Assembly: GCA_963718615.1 (NCBI GenBank)
Contig: OY970368.1
Location: 3,744,001-3,808,000, forward strand
DNA length: 64,000 nucleotides
From: an uncultured cyanobacterium
Lineage (GTDB): Bacteria > Cyanobacteriota > Cyanobacteriia > PCC-9006 > JAAUQQ01
Reading direction: 5' to 3'
Positions 29,327 to 38,235 of the stretch are shown here, in pieces (position 1 is the stretch's first letter; every line of letters begins with the position of its first letter). The notes below the pieces were generated by a model. It worked only from the letters and a program-made list of their open reading frames with translations, ran no database searches and was not told the origin of the DNA. The position numbers and the translations under genes are program-made.

Positions 29327-29530
29327 ATGGCTACTGAAGAACCAGCGAATTCCAATCCCCCACTTTCCAATCCCCCGATGGAACAGATCCCATTACTGCC
29401 TCGCTCTGCTTGGAACAGCGAGATCACTCGGCTGAAGGTGTTGTTCAAAGCGAAGCAGGCACTCGATCGCGAGGAGAAAGCCTTTCTGAAACGTGGCGAT
29501 CGCCCAGAGGCTCCTCCCGATCATCGATAA
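29327..29530 (+). CDS. Small splicease accessory protein (PlpY-like)
   Basis: 67 aa, 26 nt after the rSAM stop; LLPRSAW...LKVLFKAKQALD resembles my recollection of the PlpY C-terminal LPRxxW...LIKAKQSL segment. Confidence 0.75.
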   Translation: MATEEPANSNPPLSNPPMEQIPLLPRSAWNSEITRLKVLFKAKQALDREEKAFLKRGDRPEAPPDHR

Positions 29531-30371
29531 TGGGCACTAAATCATATCCTTCAGGCACCCATTGCCAAAGCGATCGCAGCTCATCGGAGGAGGGGCGATC
29601 GCCCAATCCCAACTGGGCCAAAATCACCTGAATAATCACCTGATTAAAATGACTCGGAAACCGGAATTGCTCTTGGGCATGATCTAAAAAGAACGTTTTA
29701 CAATAATGCTGTAGGCTCTTTGTAAGATGAGAAATTTCCCAAAGTAAGGGCTTCACCTCAGTCAAACGGTGAGCATGCTCCCGGAGTAAGACCTGAGCCG
29801 CATTCTGAAAATGCACCCCTTCATCCTGCACCAGATATTGCCCTACGCGCTGCACCGCAGCTCCAAAATGGCAGTAATATTCTCGCAAATCTCGCCGATA
29901 GGAATACACTGAGCTGATTTCATCAAACATCAACGTGACCAAGATCGTGAATTCATCTTCGAGGACCCGTTCAATGGGCTGGGTTTCATGGACCCGAGCA
30001 TCGAAACAGCGGTTCATTTCCGCAAACTCTACCCCTGCAATACAACGGTAAGTCCGGCGCAATGCCTCGTAGTGCTTTGATTCATCCTCAAGCCAGAGTT
30101 CTAACATCTCCAAAAACGATGCTGACATTTCTGTTTTTCTAGCCCAAATGTAATCATAGAGAGCCTTAGCATCCCCTTCCGAATAAACATCTCTTGCTAA
30201 TAGCAACCGAAAATTTTCTAGCAATTGAGGCGAGGCTTGGTCAAAATACTTCGATGCAACCTCATGATCTAAACGGATTACATGATCCAGACTCCATTGA
30301 TTTTGCTTGGGTTGAGTACCGTTTAATCGTGAGGAGGTTAACTGCATAAACTCACCTAAATCTAGCTCCAT
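29445..30371 (-). CDS. Ferritin-like four-helix diiron-carboxylate protein
   Basis: Ligand pattern E (YSE) ... DESKH ... E (FDE) ... DEGVH. Confidence 0.72.
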   Translation of the reverse strand: MELDLGEFMQLTSSRLNGTQPKQNQWSLDHVIRLDHEVASKYFDQASPQLLENFRLLLARDVYSEGDAKALYDYIWARKTEMSASFLEMLELWLEDESKHYEALRRTYRCIAGVEFAEMNRCFDARVHETQPIERVLEDEFTILVTLMFDEISSVYSYRRDLREYYCHFGAAVQRVGQYLVQDEGVHFQNAAQVLLREHAHRLTEVKPLLWEISHLTKSLQHYCKTFFLDHAQEQFRFPSHFNQVIIQVILAQLGLGDRPSSDELRSLWQWVPEGYDLVPIIDDREEPLGDRHVSERLSPRDRVPASL

Positions 30372-30388
30372 CCTAATCAGAATTTGAC

Positions 30389-31738
30389 CTAATCAGAATC
30401 TGGAATATACAATCCGTCATTGGAGACGATGTGCGGAATAATTAAACAGTGTCGTCCCGTAATCCGAGAAGTATCACCTCTCAAAACAATGCCTGCTGGT
30501 TCATCATTAATCACCCAACTGCCCACCATGTAGTGATAGCCCCATGCCTGAGGCAATTCGATATATTCCTGATAAATATAGCCCTCCCCACCATAGCCCA
30601 TGGCATCGCGTTTCTCTAGGGCTCCAACCCCTGCTTCAATGGAAATTCCTACCCCTTCTAGTCCTAGTAAGGGCTTTTTCACATGCACATCGAGCATGAG
30701 TTTCGTCGCTTCCGGGGAAATATCACGGTCTAAGTAGGTTTCTAGAAGATAGGGGCGATAGTCCGAGTCTTTGAAGCAATCCCACATCAACGCCATCGCA
30801 CCTTTATTCGATAATATCTGTTTCCAAAGGGGCTCTAAAACCTTCATATCCCCCACTTCCAAGCGCTTTGCTAGAGCTTCCGTACAACCGGCATTGGCGA
30901 TATCATTTTGGATATCTGACCAGTCATACATCTTCCAGAGGACGGGGATGCGATCGTTCACATGATCCACAAAATAGCCCTCTTCATCCAATCCCAAACC
31001 CCGCTGAACGAGATCACCCTTATCATCTTCTAAGTCCTGCAAATAAACCACTTGTGTATAGATTTCTGAATCCACATCATCTTGCAGAATCTGAATCAAC
31101 TGCATCGCCATTTCTAGATCTTCTTCCAGATTTTCATCCACTAGAAATGAGATGCCGGTTTTCTTCAAATCATAGGATTCCGCAATCCAGCGCCATTGCC
31201 CTGCGGTCAGATCCCAAAATTCGTTAAACTGGCTAGCATCGCTAGGTAAGGGGTGCAAACCCTTTTGATAATTACGACGATAATCGACAAACCAATTCCA
31301 CTGATAGATGGTTTCAGCTCCCAGTAACGGCGTCTCACCATTGATTTCAATCAGCTTGATCGTTCCAGCTTCCGTTACAACCAGATCGAACCGGGTCATC
31401 AAAGTCAAATCTTCGACGGGTTCAACGCGATCCCAACTGTTTTTGATTGCGCTCCAATATTCAGGCCGAATCTTGAGCTGAGCCAAACGCTGATCAACAG
31501 AACCGGCCTCTTCTTCCGTAAAAAACCAATCCAAAAATGCAATGCACATTTCCCAAAGCTTTTCAGTGGCTTGGGCGATCGCCGTTTCCTCCCGAGTATC
31601 AAACTGAATCACAAAGGGCTGGGGTAAAGCCTCAACCCAATACTTTTGCTGAGCATCACTCAAGACATCGGCCTGATAAGCATTGTCCCGAATATGCTGT
31701 TTCCAGTTTTGCCGCCGCTGAATTTTTAGGGCTCTCAT
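30389..31738 (-). CDS. Glutathionylspermidine synthase family ATP-grasp protein (YgiC/YjfC-like)
   Basis: YWVE, TRFDL, KLIEINGETP, WKMYDW, EPLWKQILSNKG, KKPLLGLEG, YIYQEY, VGSW, LRGD..RITG. Confidence 0.88.
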   Translation of the reverse strand: MRALKIQRRQNWKQHIRDNAYQADVLSDAQQKYWVEALPQPFVIQFDTREETAIAQATEKLWEMCIAFLDWFFTEEEAGSVDQRLAQLKIRPEYWSAIKNSWDRVEPVEDLTLMTRFDLVVTEAGTIKLIEINGETPLLGAETIYQWNWFVDYRRNYQKGLHPLPSDASQFNEFWDLTAGQWRWIAESYDLKKTGISFLVDENLEEDLEMAMQLIQILQDDVDSEIYTQVVYLQDLEDDKGDLVQRGLGLDEEGYFVDHVNDRIPVLWKMYDWSDIQNDIANAGCTEALAKRLEVGDMKVLEPLWKQILSNKGAMALMWDCFKDSDYRPYLLETYLDRDISPEATKLMLDVHVKKPLLGLEGVGISIEAGVGALEKRDAMGYGGEGYIYQEYIELPQAWGYHYMVGSWVINDEPAGIVLRGDTSRITGRHCLIIPHIVSNDGLYIPDSD

Positions 31739-31743
31739 GCTGC

Positions 31744-32475
31744 TTATTTGCCCCCGCTGCCAGTGCTTTTATAGGTGGAGCCAAATCCCTGGCTACTGCG
31801 TCCTGAGATGGTTCCCCGAGCCGCAGTGCCCGTCGGACGTGGGGGGGCAAGCACGGTGGTGTGACGCGGTGCCGTCACTCGGCCTGGGGTGGTTTTTGAG
31901 ACCGTCTGGCCATGGGGCGTAACGACTTCGCCTGGGGTTGAACTGGCATAAACCGGGCGCGTCTCATAGACTCGGTGTTGGCTGCCCCCATAGTTGACGT
32001 AGACATAGCTGGGGGAGTGGTAGGGATAGAAATAGGTGCCCCCATATACCGGACGATAGCCTGAGCTAGAGCCGGTCGTTACCGATTCGCACTGCACGCC
32101 TTCGGCACGGCAATCTTGTTCTGTGCCATAGACAGGGGCTGTGCGTTCGTGCTCCTGCTGGGCTGCTAGCATTTGCGGGGCGCAGTCCTCAGCCTTCATG
32201 GTCGGCGGCGTGGGGGATTGCTTGAGGTCGCCTTTTTTCTGCGCTGCTAAGAGAACCTGATATTCTGCCTGTTGTTTTTTGACATCGGCTTCGCATTGCG
32301 GGGTGTTTTCGTAAAAGACGGCATCAACTTTTTCGTTGGCGCTTGGGCTGGGGCTGGAACCACAACTGGTTAACAGCAAGGCGGCGATCGCGGCGATGGC
32401 GATCGTCTGCTGGACGCGTTGCCGCTGAATGATGCGGAGCTCCAGGTCTTGCATGGGGGGTCTAGGCTGAGTCAT
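31744..32475 (-). CDS. YgiB/YjfM (DUF1190)-like lipoprotein
   Basis: Lipobox LTSC; HERTAPVYGTEQDC...C matches the DUF1190 pattern; Gly/Ser tail QGFGS...GSGGK; 5 nt upstream of the ATP-grasp gene. Confidence 0.8.
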   Translation of the reverse strand: MTQPRPPMQDLELRIIQRQRVQQTIAIAAIAALLLTSCGSSPSPSANEKVDAVFYENTPQCEADVKKQQAEYQVLLAAQKKGDLKQSPTPPTMKAEDCAPQMLAAQQEHERTAPVYGTEQDCRAEGVQCESVTTGSSSGYRPVYGGTYFYPYHSPSYVYVNYGGSQHRVYETRPVYASSTPGEVVTPHGQTVSKTTPGRVTAPRHTTVLAPPRPTGTAARGTISGRSSQGFGSTYKSTGSGGK

Positions 32476-32547
32476 TCCGGGGAGCAAGAAAGCAGTACAT
32501 GCTGGTTTATCATTCCCACTCTAGTGAAATTACGCGACTGTGGTAGT

Positions 32548-32589
32548 AGTGAGCTAAAAATTTAACTCAGTGGGCTAAAAATTTAACCA
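32548..32589. repeat. Tandem 21-bp direct repeat in a divergent promoter region
   Basis: AGTGAGCTAAAAATTTAACTC / AGTGGGCTAAAAATTTAACCA. Confidence 0.8.
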
Positions 32590-32687
32590 GAAGAAATTTG
32601 GGAAAGAAAGTCGGGAGGGACTGAAAGGGTGGTCTAGAATTAGCTTGGGATTTCTCCTTCCTCGCTCTCCATTACCGCCCCACGCCC

Positions 32688-33908
32688 ATGTCTCGTCCCT
32701 CTCTTAGCCTATGCATGATCATCAAAAATGAGGCCGAAGCGCTGCCCCGTTGTCTAGCCAGCGTTCAGGACCAAGTGGATGAGATGATTGTGCTCGATAC
32801 CGGCTCAACGGATGAGAGTGGGGCGATCGCCCGTTCCTTTGGAGCTCAGGTCTTTTCCTATACCTGGGCAGATGATTTTTCTGCGGCCCGCAACGTCAGC
32901 CTCAGCTACGCCCAGGGGGACTGGATTTTGGTTTTGGATGCCGATGAGATTCTGGTGCCCGAGGCCCTAGAAGCCCTGCGATCGCAATTGAGTCGGCCCG
33001 ATCTGTTGGTGATCAATCTGCTCCGCCAGGAAGTCGGCGCAGCCCAATCGCCCTACTCCTTAGTCTCCCGACTGTTCCGCCGTCATCCCGCCATCCAATT
33101 CAGCCGTCCCTACCATGCCCTGATCGACGATAGCGTTTTGGCGTTACAACAGCAGGAACCCCATTGGCAAATCCTGACAGTTTCTGACATCGTGATTCGT
33201 CACGAAGGCTATCAACCAGGGGCGATCGCCGCTCGACAAAAATTTGAGCGAGCCCAGTTGGCCATGGAACAATACCTGGCTACTCACCCTGACGACACCT
33301 ATGATGCGGGGAAATTAGGCGCACTTTACATCGAAATGGGCCATTGGCAACAGGGCATTGCGCTCCTAGAGCGGGGACTGGCCCAAGCCCAACAAATGCC
33401 TTGTCATACCGACCCCCACAACCGTTACGAGTTGCATTATCATCTGGCCCTCGCCCAAAGCCGCCTCGGCCAAACCGACGCTGCCGCCGACCATTATCAA
33501 CAGGCCCTTGAACAGCCCCTTTTGCCTATCCTCAAACTCGGGGCTTACAACAATCTGGCTCGTTTACTTCAAGCAGAGGGCTTTGGTGTCGCCGCCCTTG
33601 AGCTGTATGAAACCGCGATCGCCATCGATCCCCAGTTTGCCACCGGCTACTACAACCTCGGCATGCTCAAACGCCAACAGGGAGATTTGGCTGGGGCGAT
33701 CGCCGCCTACGAAACCGCCCTGCACCTCAACCCGGATAAGCCCGAAATCCATCAAAATCTGGGCGTTGCGCTGCTCCAGGCGGGGCTGATTGAGCGCAGC
33801 CATCAAGCCTTTGACCGGGCGATCGCCCTCTACGCCCACCAGTCCCCCGCCCAAGGCCAACAGCTCCAACAGCAGCTACTAAAATTGGGCTTTATCCCAA
33901 GTCCCTAG
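32688..33908 (+). CDS. Glycosyltransferase family 2 with TPR repeats
   Basis: LSLCMIIKNE, LDTGSTD, DFSAARN, LDADE; C-terminal TPRs (AYNNLA, YYNLG, HQNLG). Confidence 0.92.
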   Translation: MSRPSLSLCMIIKNEAEALPRCLASVQDQVDEMIVLDTGSTDESGAIARSFGAQVFSYTWADDFSAARNVSLSYAQGDWILVLDADEILVPEALEALRSQLSRPDLLVINLLRQEVGAAQSPYSLVSRLFRRHPAIQFSRPYHALIDDSVLALQQQEPHWQILTVSDIVIRHEGYQPGAIAARQKFERAQLAMEQYLATHPDDTYDAGKLGALYIEMGHWQQGIALLERGLAQAQQMPCHTDPHNRYELHYHLALAQSRLGQTDAAADHYQQALEQPLLPILKLGAYNNLARLLQAEGFGVAALELYETAIAIDPQFATGYYNLGMLKRQQGDLAGAIAAYETALHLNPDKPEIHQNLGVALLQAGLIERSHQAFDRAIALYAHQSPAQGQQLQQQLLKLGFIPSP

Positions 33909-36116
33909 GGGGTAATGGGTATGCTCCGCGAGCAAGGCCTCCGCTGCCTCCCGATTCAGCGGTTTGGCAAAGAAATATCCCTGAGCCGCCTCGCATTCCA
34001 TAGCGCGCAGCTGCGCCAATTGATGGGGCAACTCGACGCCCTCCGCAATCGTATCCATGCCCAAGTGATGGGCGAGGGTAATCACAGTTTGAGCAATTTC
34101 TCGCTGCTCCCCTGCAACCTGAATACGTTTGACAAAGGCTCGGTCAATCTTAAGGTGATCAATGGGGAACCGATGTAGGTAGCTCAAGGATGAATAGCCC
34201 GTGCCAAAATCATCGATACAAAGCTCAATACCTCGGGTTTTAAGCTGCTGAAGCACCTCAACAATGGCATCGCTATTGTCCATACAAATACTTTCGGTCA
34301 GTTCTAGCTGAAGCCCTTTGCCATTCCAGCCAGCCTGCATCAAAATGTCATCCAAGCGCAGCAGAAAATTAGGATCCTTCAACTGGGGCGTCGAAATGTT
34401 CACACTCATCTTTAAGTTTTGAGCAATCTCAAACTGCTCTCGCCACTGGATCAATTGTTCGTAGGCCGTTTTGAGCACCCATTCTCCCATGGGAATAATC
34501 AGACCTGTTTCCTCTGCAATGGGAATGAACTCAACCGGTGAAACAATGCCTCGATGAGGGTTAAACCAGCGCAGTAATGCTTCAAATCCTTGAATTCGGC
34601 CTGTACTGAGTGAAACAATCGGTTGATAATAAAGCTGAAATTCATCCCGCTCTAGGGCCTGATGCAATTCGCTTTCTAACTGAAGTTGCCCAGAGACACG
34701 GGTAAACATTCCCGGTTCAAAGAGCTCATAGGTCTTTTTCTCCTTCGCCTTGTTCGACTTCGCCGAATACATGGCGATATCTGCGTCACGCAGCAGATCT
34801 GCCCCTTTTTCATACCCAGTATGGCCCAGGGCAATGCCAATACTGGCGGTAATAAAGAGAGAATGCTCACCCAATTCAAAGGGAACTTTCAAGACTGACT
34901 CAATGCGATCAGCAACATGAATCGCCACATTCTGTGAGCCAATACCATTGAGCAAAACTACAAATTCGTCACCGCCTAATCGAGCGATCATATCCGAATC
35001 CCGAATCACGGTTTCTAGGCGACGGGCGATCGCCACCAAGAGCTGATCTCCTACCTGGTGACCCAAGCTATCATTGACCAATTTGAAGCGATTCAAATCG
35101 AGAAAGAGAACTGCAAACTTATGGAAGGGATTTTGGCGTGCCTTGGCCAAGGTAATATCCAATTGCTGCGTCAACATGGCCCGATTGGGCAGTTGGGTCA
35201 GGGCATCATGGCAGGCATTATGGCGTAACTCAGCTTCAACCGTTTTGCGCTGGGTCAAATCCATAAACTGACAGAGCAAATAGGTGGGGGAGTGAGCCCC
35301 TCCCCGCAACACCACTGCATGCAAGACGCCGTGGATATGCTTTCCAGCTCTCGTTTGACAAGCAACCTCCTGATGAAAATAATTTTTTTCACCCTTTACA
35401 GCAGCTTCATAGTGCCGTTCTAAAACCGGCCAATCTGCCTCGCGGACTAAATGACGCCAATGGTGGCCACACAACGCGCCTCCAGAATAATTGAGCAGTT
35501 GGGCTAGGGCAAAATTGCCTTCGACCCATTGCCCCGAACCATCCGTTACCACCATCCCAATAGGAGCCTGTTCAAACATTAACCGAAACTGAGATTCACT
35601 TTCCCGTAGGGCAATTTCTGTGCGTTTGCGTTCTTCGACCTCTGCCAGGAGCTGTTGGTTTAAAGCTTCAAGCTCCGCTGTGCGTTCCTGCACCCGCCGT
35701 TCTAATTCTCGATTGAGCTGATCCCGTTCGGCTTGAGCTTCCCGCAGGGCTAGGTGATTTTTAACCCGCGCCAGGGTTTCCTGGGTATCAAAGGGCTTGG
35801 TGATATAGTCTACTGCACCAACGGAAAACCCTTGAATTTTATTGACCGATTCGGCAAGGGCCGACATAAAGATAACCGGAACGTCACGAAATTCAGGCCG
35901 TCGCTTTAGCTGCTGACAGGTTGCAAACCCATCTAAGCCCGGCATATTGATATCTAATAGGATTAAATCTGGAACAATCAGCTCCAACGTTTCCAGCGCC
36001 ATGTCTCCGCTTTCTGCGATCGCAACCTGAAACCCTGTTTCACTTAATAAGTCAAAAAGGAGGTGAAGATTAGAAGGGTTGTCATCAACGACAAGGATAG
36101 TTTTTGGTGCACTCAT
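33879..36116 (-). CDS. REC-PAS-GGDEF-EAL diguanylate cyclase/phosphodiesterase
   Basis: ILVVDD/LLDINMP receiver, PAS, RLGGDEF, FEALLRW, DDFGTGYSS. Confidence 0.94.
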   Translation of the reverse strand: MSAPKTILVVDDNPSNLHLLFDLLSETGFQVAIAESGDMALETLELIVPDLILLDINMPGLDGFATCQQLKRRPEFRDVPVIFMSALAESVNKIQGFSVGAVDYITKPFDTQETLARVKNHLALREAQAERDQLNRELERRVQERTAELEALNQQLLAEVEERKRTEIALRESESQFRLMFEQAPIGMVVTDGSGQWVEGNFALAQLLNYSGGALCGHHWRHLVREADWPVLERHYEAAVKGEKNYFHQEVACQTRAGKHIHGVLHAVVLRGGAHSPTYLLCQFMDLTQRKTVEAELRHNACHDALTQLPNRAMLTQQLDITLAKARQNPFHKFAVLFLDLNRFKLVNDSLGHQVGDQLLVAIARRLETVIRDSDMIARLGGDEFVVLLNGIGSQNVAIHVADRIESVLKVPFELGEHSLFITASIGIALGHTGYEKGADLLRDADIAMYSAKSNKAKEKKTYELFEPGMFTRVSGQLQLESELHQALERDEFQLYYQPIVSLSTGRIQGFEALLRWFNPHRGIVSPVEFIPIAEETGLIIPMGEWVLKTAYEQLIQWREQFEIAQNLKMSVNISTPQLKDPNFLLRLDDILMQAGWNGKGLQLELTESICMDNSDAIVEVLQQLKTRGIELCIDDFGTGYSSLSYLHRFPIDHLKIDRAFVKRIQVAGEQREIAQTVITLAHHLGMDTIAEGVELPHQLAQLRAMECEAAQGYFFAKPLNREAAEALLAEHTHYPLGTWDKAQF

Positions 36117-36584
36117 AGAGGCCAGAAGCTACGCAGTAAAGTGCTAAATGGCGCACTTAGATAACAGCAAGAGACTGTTTTGGCCAGCGACTGTTGAGAT
36201 CACTGTTGAGATCTAAGTATTCATCGAACAATGCAATCATCCCGAGCCAGGCCCGCATTCTGGAGAAAGAAAGAACCTAGAAGCAAATCGTTTGGAACTC
36301 TCTGCAAACGCCAAGAATTCGTTGGGATTGCAGGCAAAGCAAACGCTTGCCGTTCTGGACTCACTGCTAGGTTCGCCGTCATCCTGATTGCGAAGGCGAA
36401 CAGGCTATTTTCAGTTAGCTTGCATCGCGCTTGGTTCTATTATGATGAGCGATCGCGCTGCTTACCTCCCGAGCAATGAGGAATTCAAAGGCCCGGTCTA
36501 TCTGTAAATTTCCGCTTACAACTCCCCTCAATCTCCGAGAATCCCGCAAAACTAACCGAAGAACTCTGCTCAGGGAGGAAGTCA

Positions 36585-37376
36585 ATGTCGATCGTACCCC
36601 AGGATCAAACTGGTACTCAAGCTGGTACTCAAACCGATGATCAGCCCAGCCAGGGCAAAGTCTATCTCCTGGGAGCAGGTCCAGGGGCGGTGGACTATCT
36701 GACGCAGCAGGGATTGGCCTGTCTAGAGCGTTGCGAGGTTTTGGTTTACGATGCCCTCAGTGATGAACGGTTGCGATCGCTGCTCCCATCCCCTTGCAGC
36801 CTGATCGATGTGGGCAAACGGGGGGGGCAAACCAGTACGCCCCAAGCGGAAATCAATCGCTGCTTGATTGACCATTGTCAAGCGGGTCGGCAGGTGGTTC
36901 GACTCAAGAGCGGTGACCCATTTATTTTTGGGCGGGCGGCGGCTGAAATCCAGGCGCTCAAAGCAGCGGGCTGTAGGTTTGAGGTGATTCCAGGGCTTTC
37001 TTCGGCGCTAGTCGCCCCGCTTTTGGCGGGAATTCCCCTGACGGATCCGGTGATGAGTGCGGGGTTTGGGGTGTTCACGGCCCATGATCTGGATGCCCTC
37101 AATTGGGAAGCGCTGGCCCAGTTACCGACCCTAGTCTTGCTCATGGGCGCAAGGCATTTGGGAGAAATCGTGCAGCGGCTGCGCCGTCAGGGGCGATCGC
37201 CCTATACTCCCATCGCCCTCATCCGCTGGGCCAGTCAGCCGGAGCAGGAAATCTGGACCGGAACCCTGAGTGATATTGAGGCGCGGGTCCAGGGGCGATC
37301 GCTCTCTCCCTGTGTCATGGTGATTGGCGAAGTGGTGGGTCTACGGGAGTTTTTGCGACCCAATCCGGTAGGCTGA
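36585..37376 (+). CDS. cobA: Uroporphyrinogen-III C-methyltransferase
   Basis: GAGPG, VYDAL, VGKRGG, RLKSGDPFIFGR. Confidence 0.93.
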   Translation: MSIVPQDQTGTQAGTQTDDQPSQGKVYLLGAGPGAVDYLTQQGLACLERCEVLVYDALSDERLRSLLPSPCSLIDVGKRGGQTSTPQAEINRCLIDHCQAGRQVVRLKSGDPFIFGRAAAEIQALKAAGCRFEVIPGLSSALVAPLLAGIPLTDPVMSAGFGVFTAHDLDALNWEALAQLPTLVLLMGARHLGEIVQRLRRQGRSPYTPIALIRWASQPEQEIWTGTLSDIEARVQGRSLSPCVMVIGEVVGLREFLRPNPVG

Positions 37377-37400
37377 AGGTCTGATTTTCCCCGACTGCCC

Positions 37401-38204
37401 ATGCTGCCCCTTGCCCATCGAACCCTGCTGATCACCCGCGCGGCCAGCCAAGTCAGTAGCTTTAGCGATTTGCTCCAGGCTCAAGGGGCAGAGGTGATTG
37501 AGATGCCAACGCTGGAAATTGGTCCCCCGTCTAGCTGGGCTGCTTTGGATGGGGCGATCGCCCGTCTAGCGGAGTTTGACTGGTTGATCCTGACCTCAGC
37601 CAATGGGGTGGAGTTCTTTTTTGAACGGCTTCAGACCCACCTCAGCCGATTGGCTGAGGGCAGTCCTGCAAATCTACGGGGACTCAAACTGGCAGTGGTC
37701 GGTAAAAAAACGGCGGCAGTCCTGCGCCAATACGGCTACCGTCCTGACTTTGTCCCCCCGGATTTCGTCGCAGATTCCCTAGTGGAGCATTTCCCAGACC
37801 CGTTGTCCGGTTTGAACCTGCTGTTTCCTCGGGTGGAAAGTGGTGGTCGCGATCTCTTAGTGAACGCCTTTCGCACCGCAGGCGCAAGGGTTGAGGAGGT
37901 TGCGGCCTATGAGTCGGGCTGTCCTCAGGTTGCAGATGCAGCGGCATTAGCCGCGTTGCAGTCAGGCTCCGTTGCGGCGATTACGTTTGCCAGTTCTAAA
38001 ACCGTTCGCCATTTTGTGCAGTTGCTTCAGGGAGGCTGGGGTGAGGCTTGGTTGAATGCCTTGACAGGGGTGGCGATCGCCTCCATTGGTCCCCAAACCT
38101 CAACAGAGTGCCGCCAGCAGTTTGGCCGGGTGGACATTGAAGCGACTGAATATACGCTGGAGGGATTGACAGCAGCGATTGTGGATTATTTTGCTAGCGT
38201 TTAG
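37401..38204 (+). CDS. hemD: Uroporphyrinogen-III synthase
   Basis: LITRA, DWLILTSANGV, VGKKTA, FASSKTV, SIGPQT. Confidence 0.92.
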   Translation: MLPLAHRTLLITRAASQVSSFSDLLQAQGAEVIEMPTLEIGPPSSWAALDGAIARLAEFDWLILTSANGVEFFFERLQTHLSRLAEGSPANLRGLKLAVVGKKTAAVLRQYGYRPDFVPPDFVADSLVEHFPDPLSGLNLLFPRVESGGRDLLVNAFRTAGARVEEVAAYESGCPQVADAAALAALQSGSVAAITFASSKTVRHFVQLLQGGWGEAWLNALTGVAIASIGPQTSTECRQQFGRVDIEATEYTLEGLTAAIVDYFASV

Positions 38205-38235
38205 ACTAGAAACAGCCTATACCCGGAACAAGACC

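Noticed and set aside
31980-32140. VYG/NYG motifs in the DUF1190 lipoprotein as extra splicease substrates
   Set aside because: No Nif11 leader, the protein is exported, and YG dipeptides are expected by chance in a Tyr/Gly-rich sequence
36231-36479. 82-aa ORF between the GGDEF/EAL gene and cobA
   Set aside because: No motif or RBS support; more likely divergent promoter DNA
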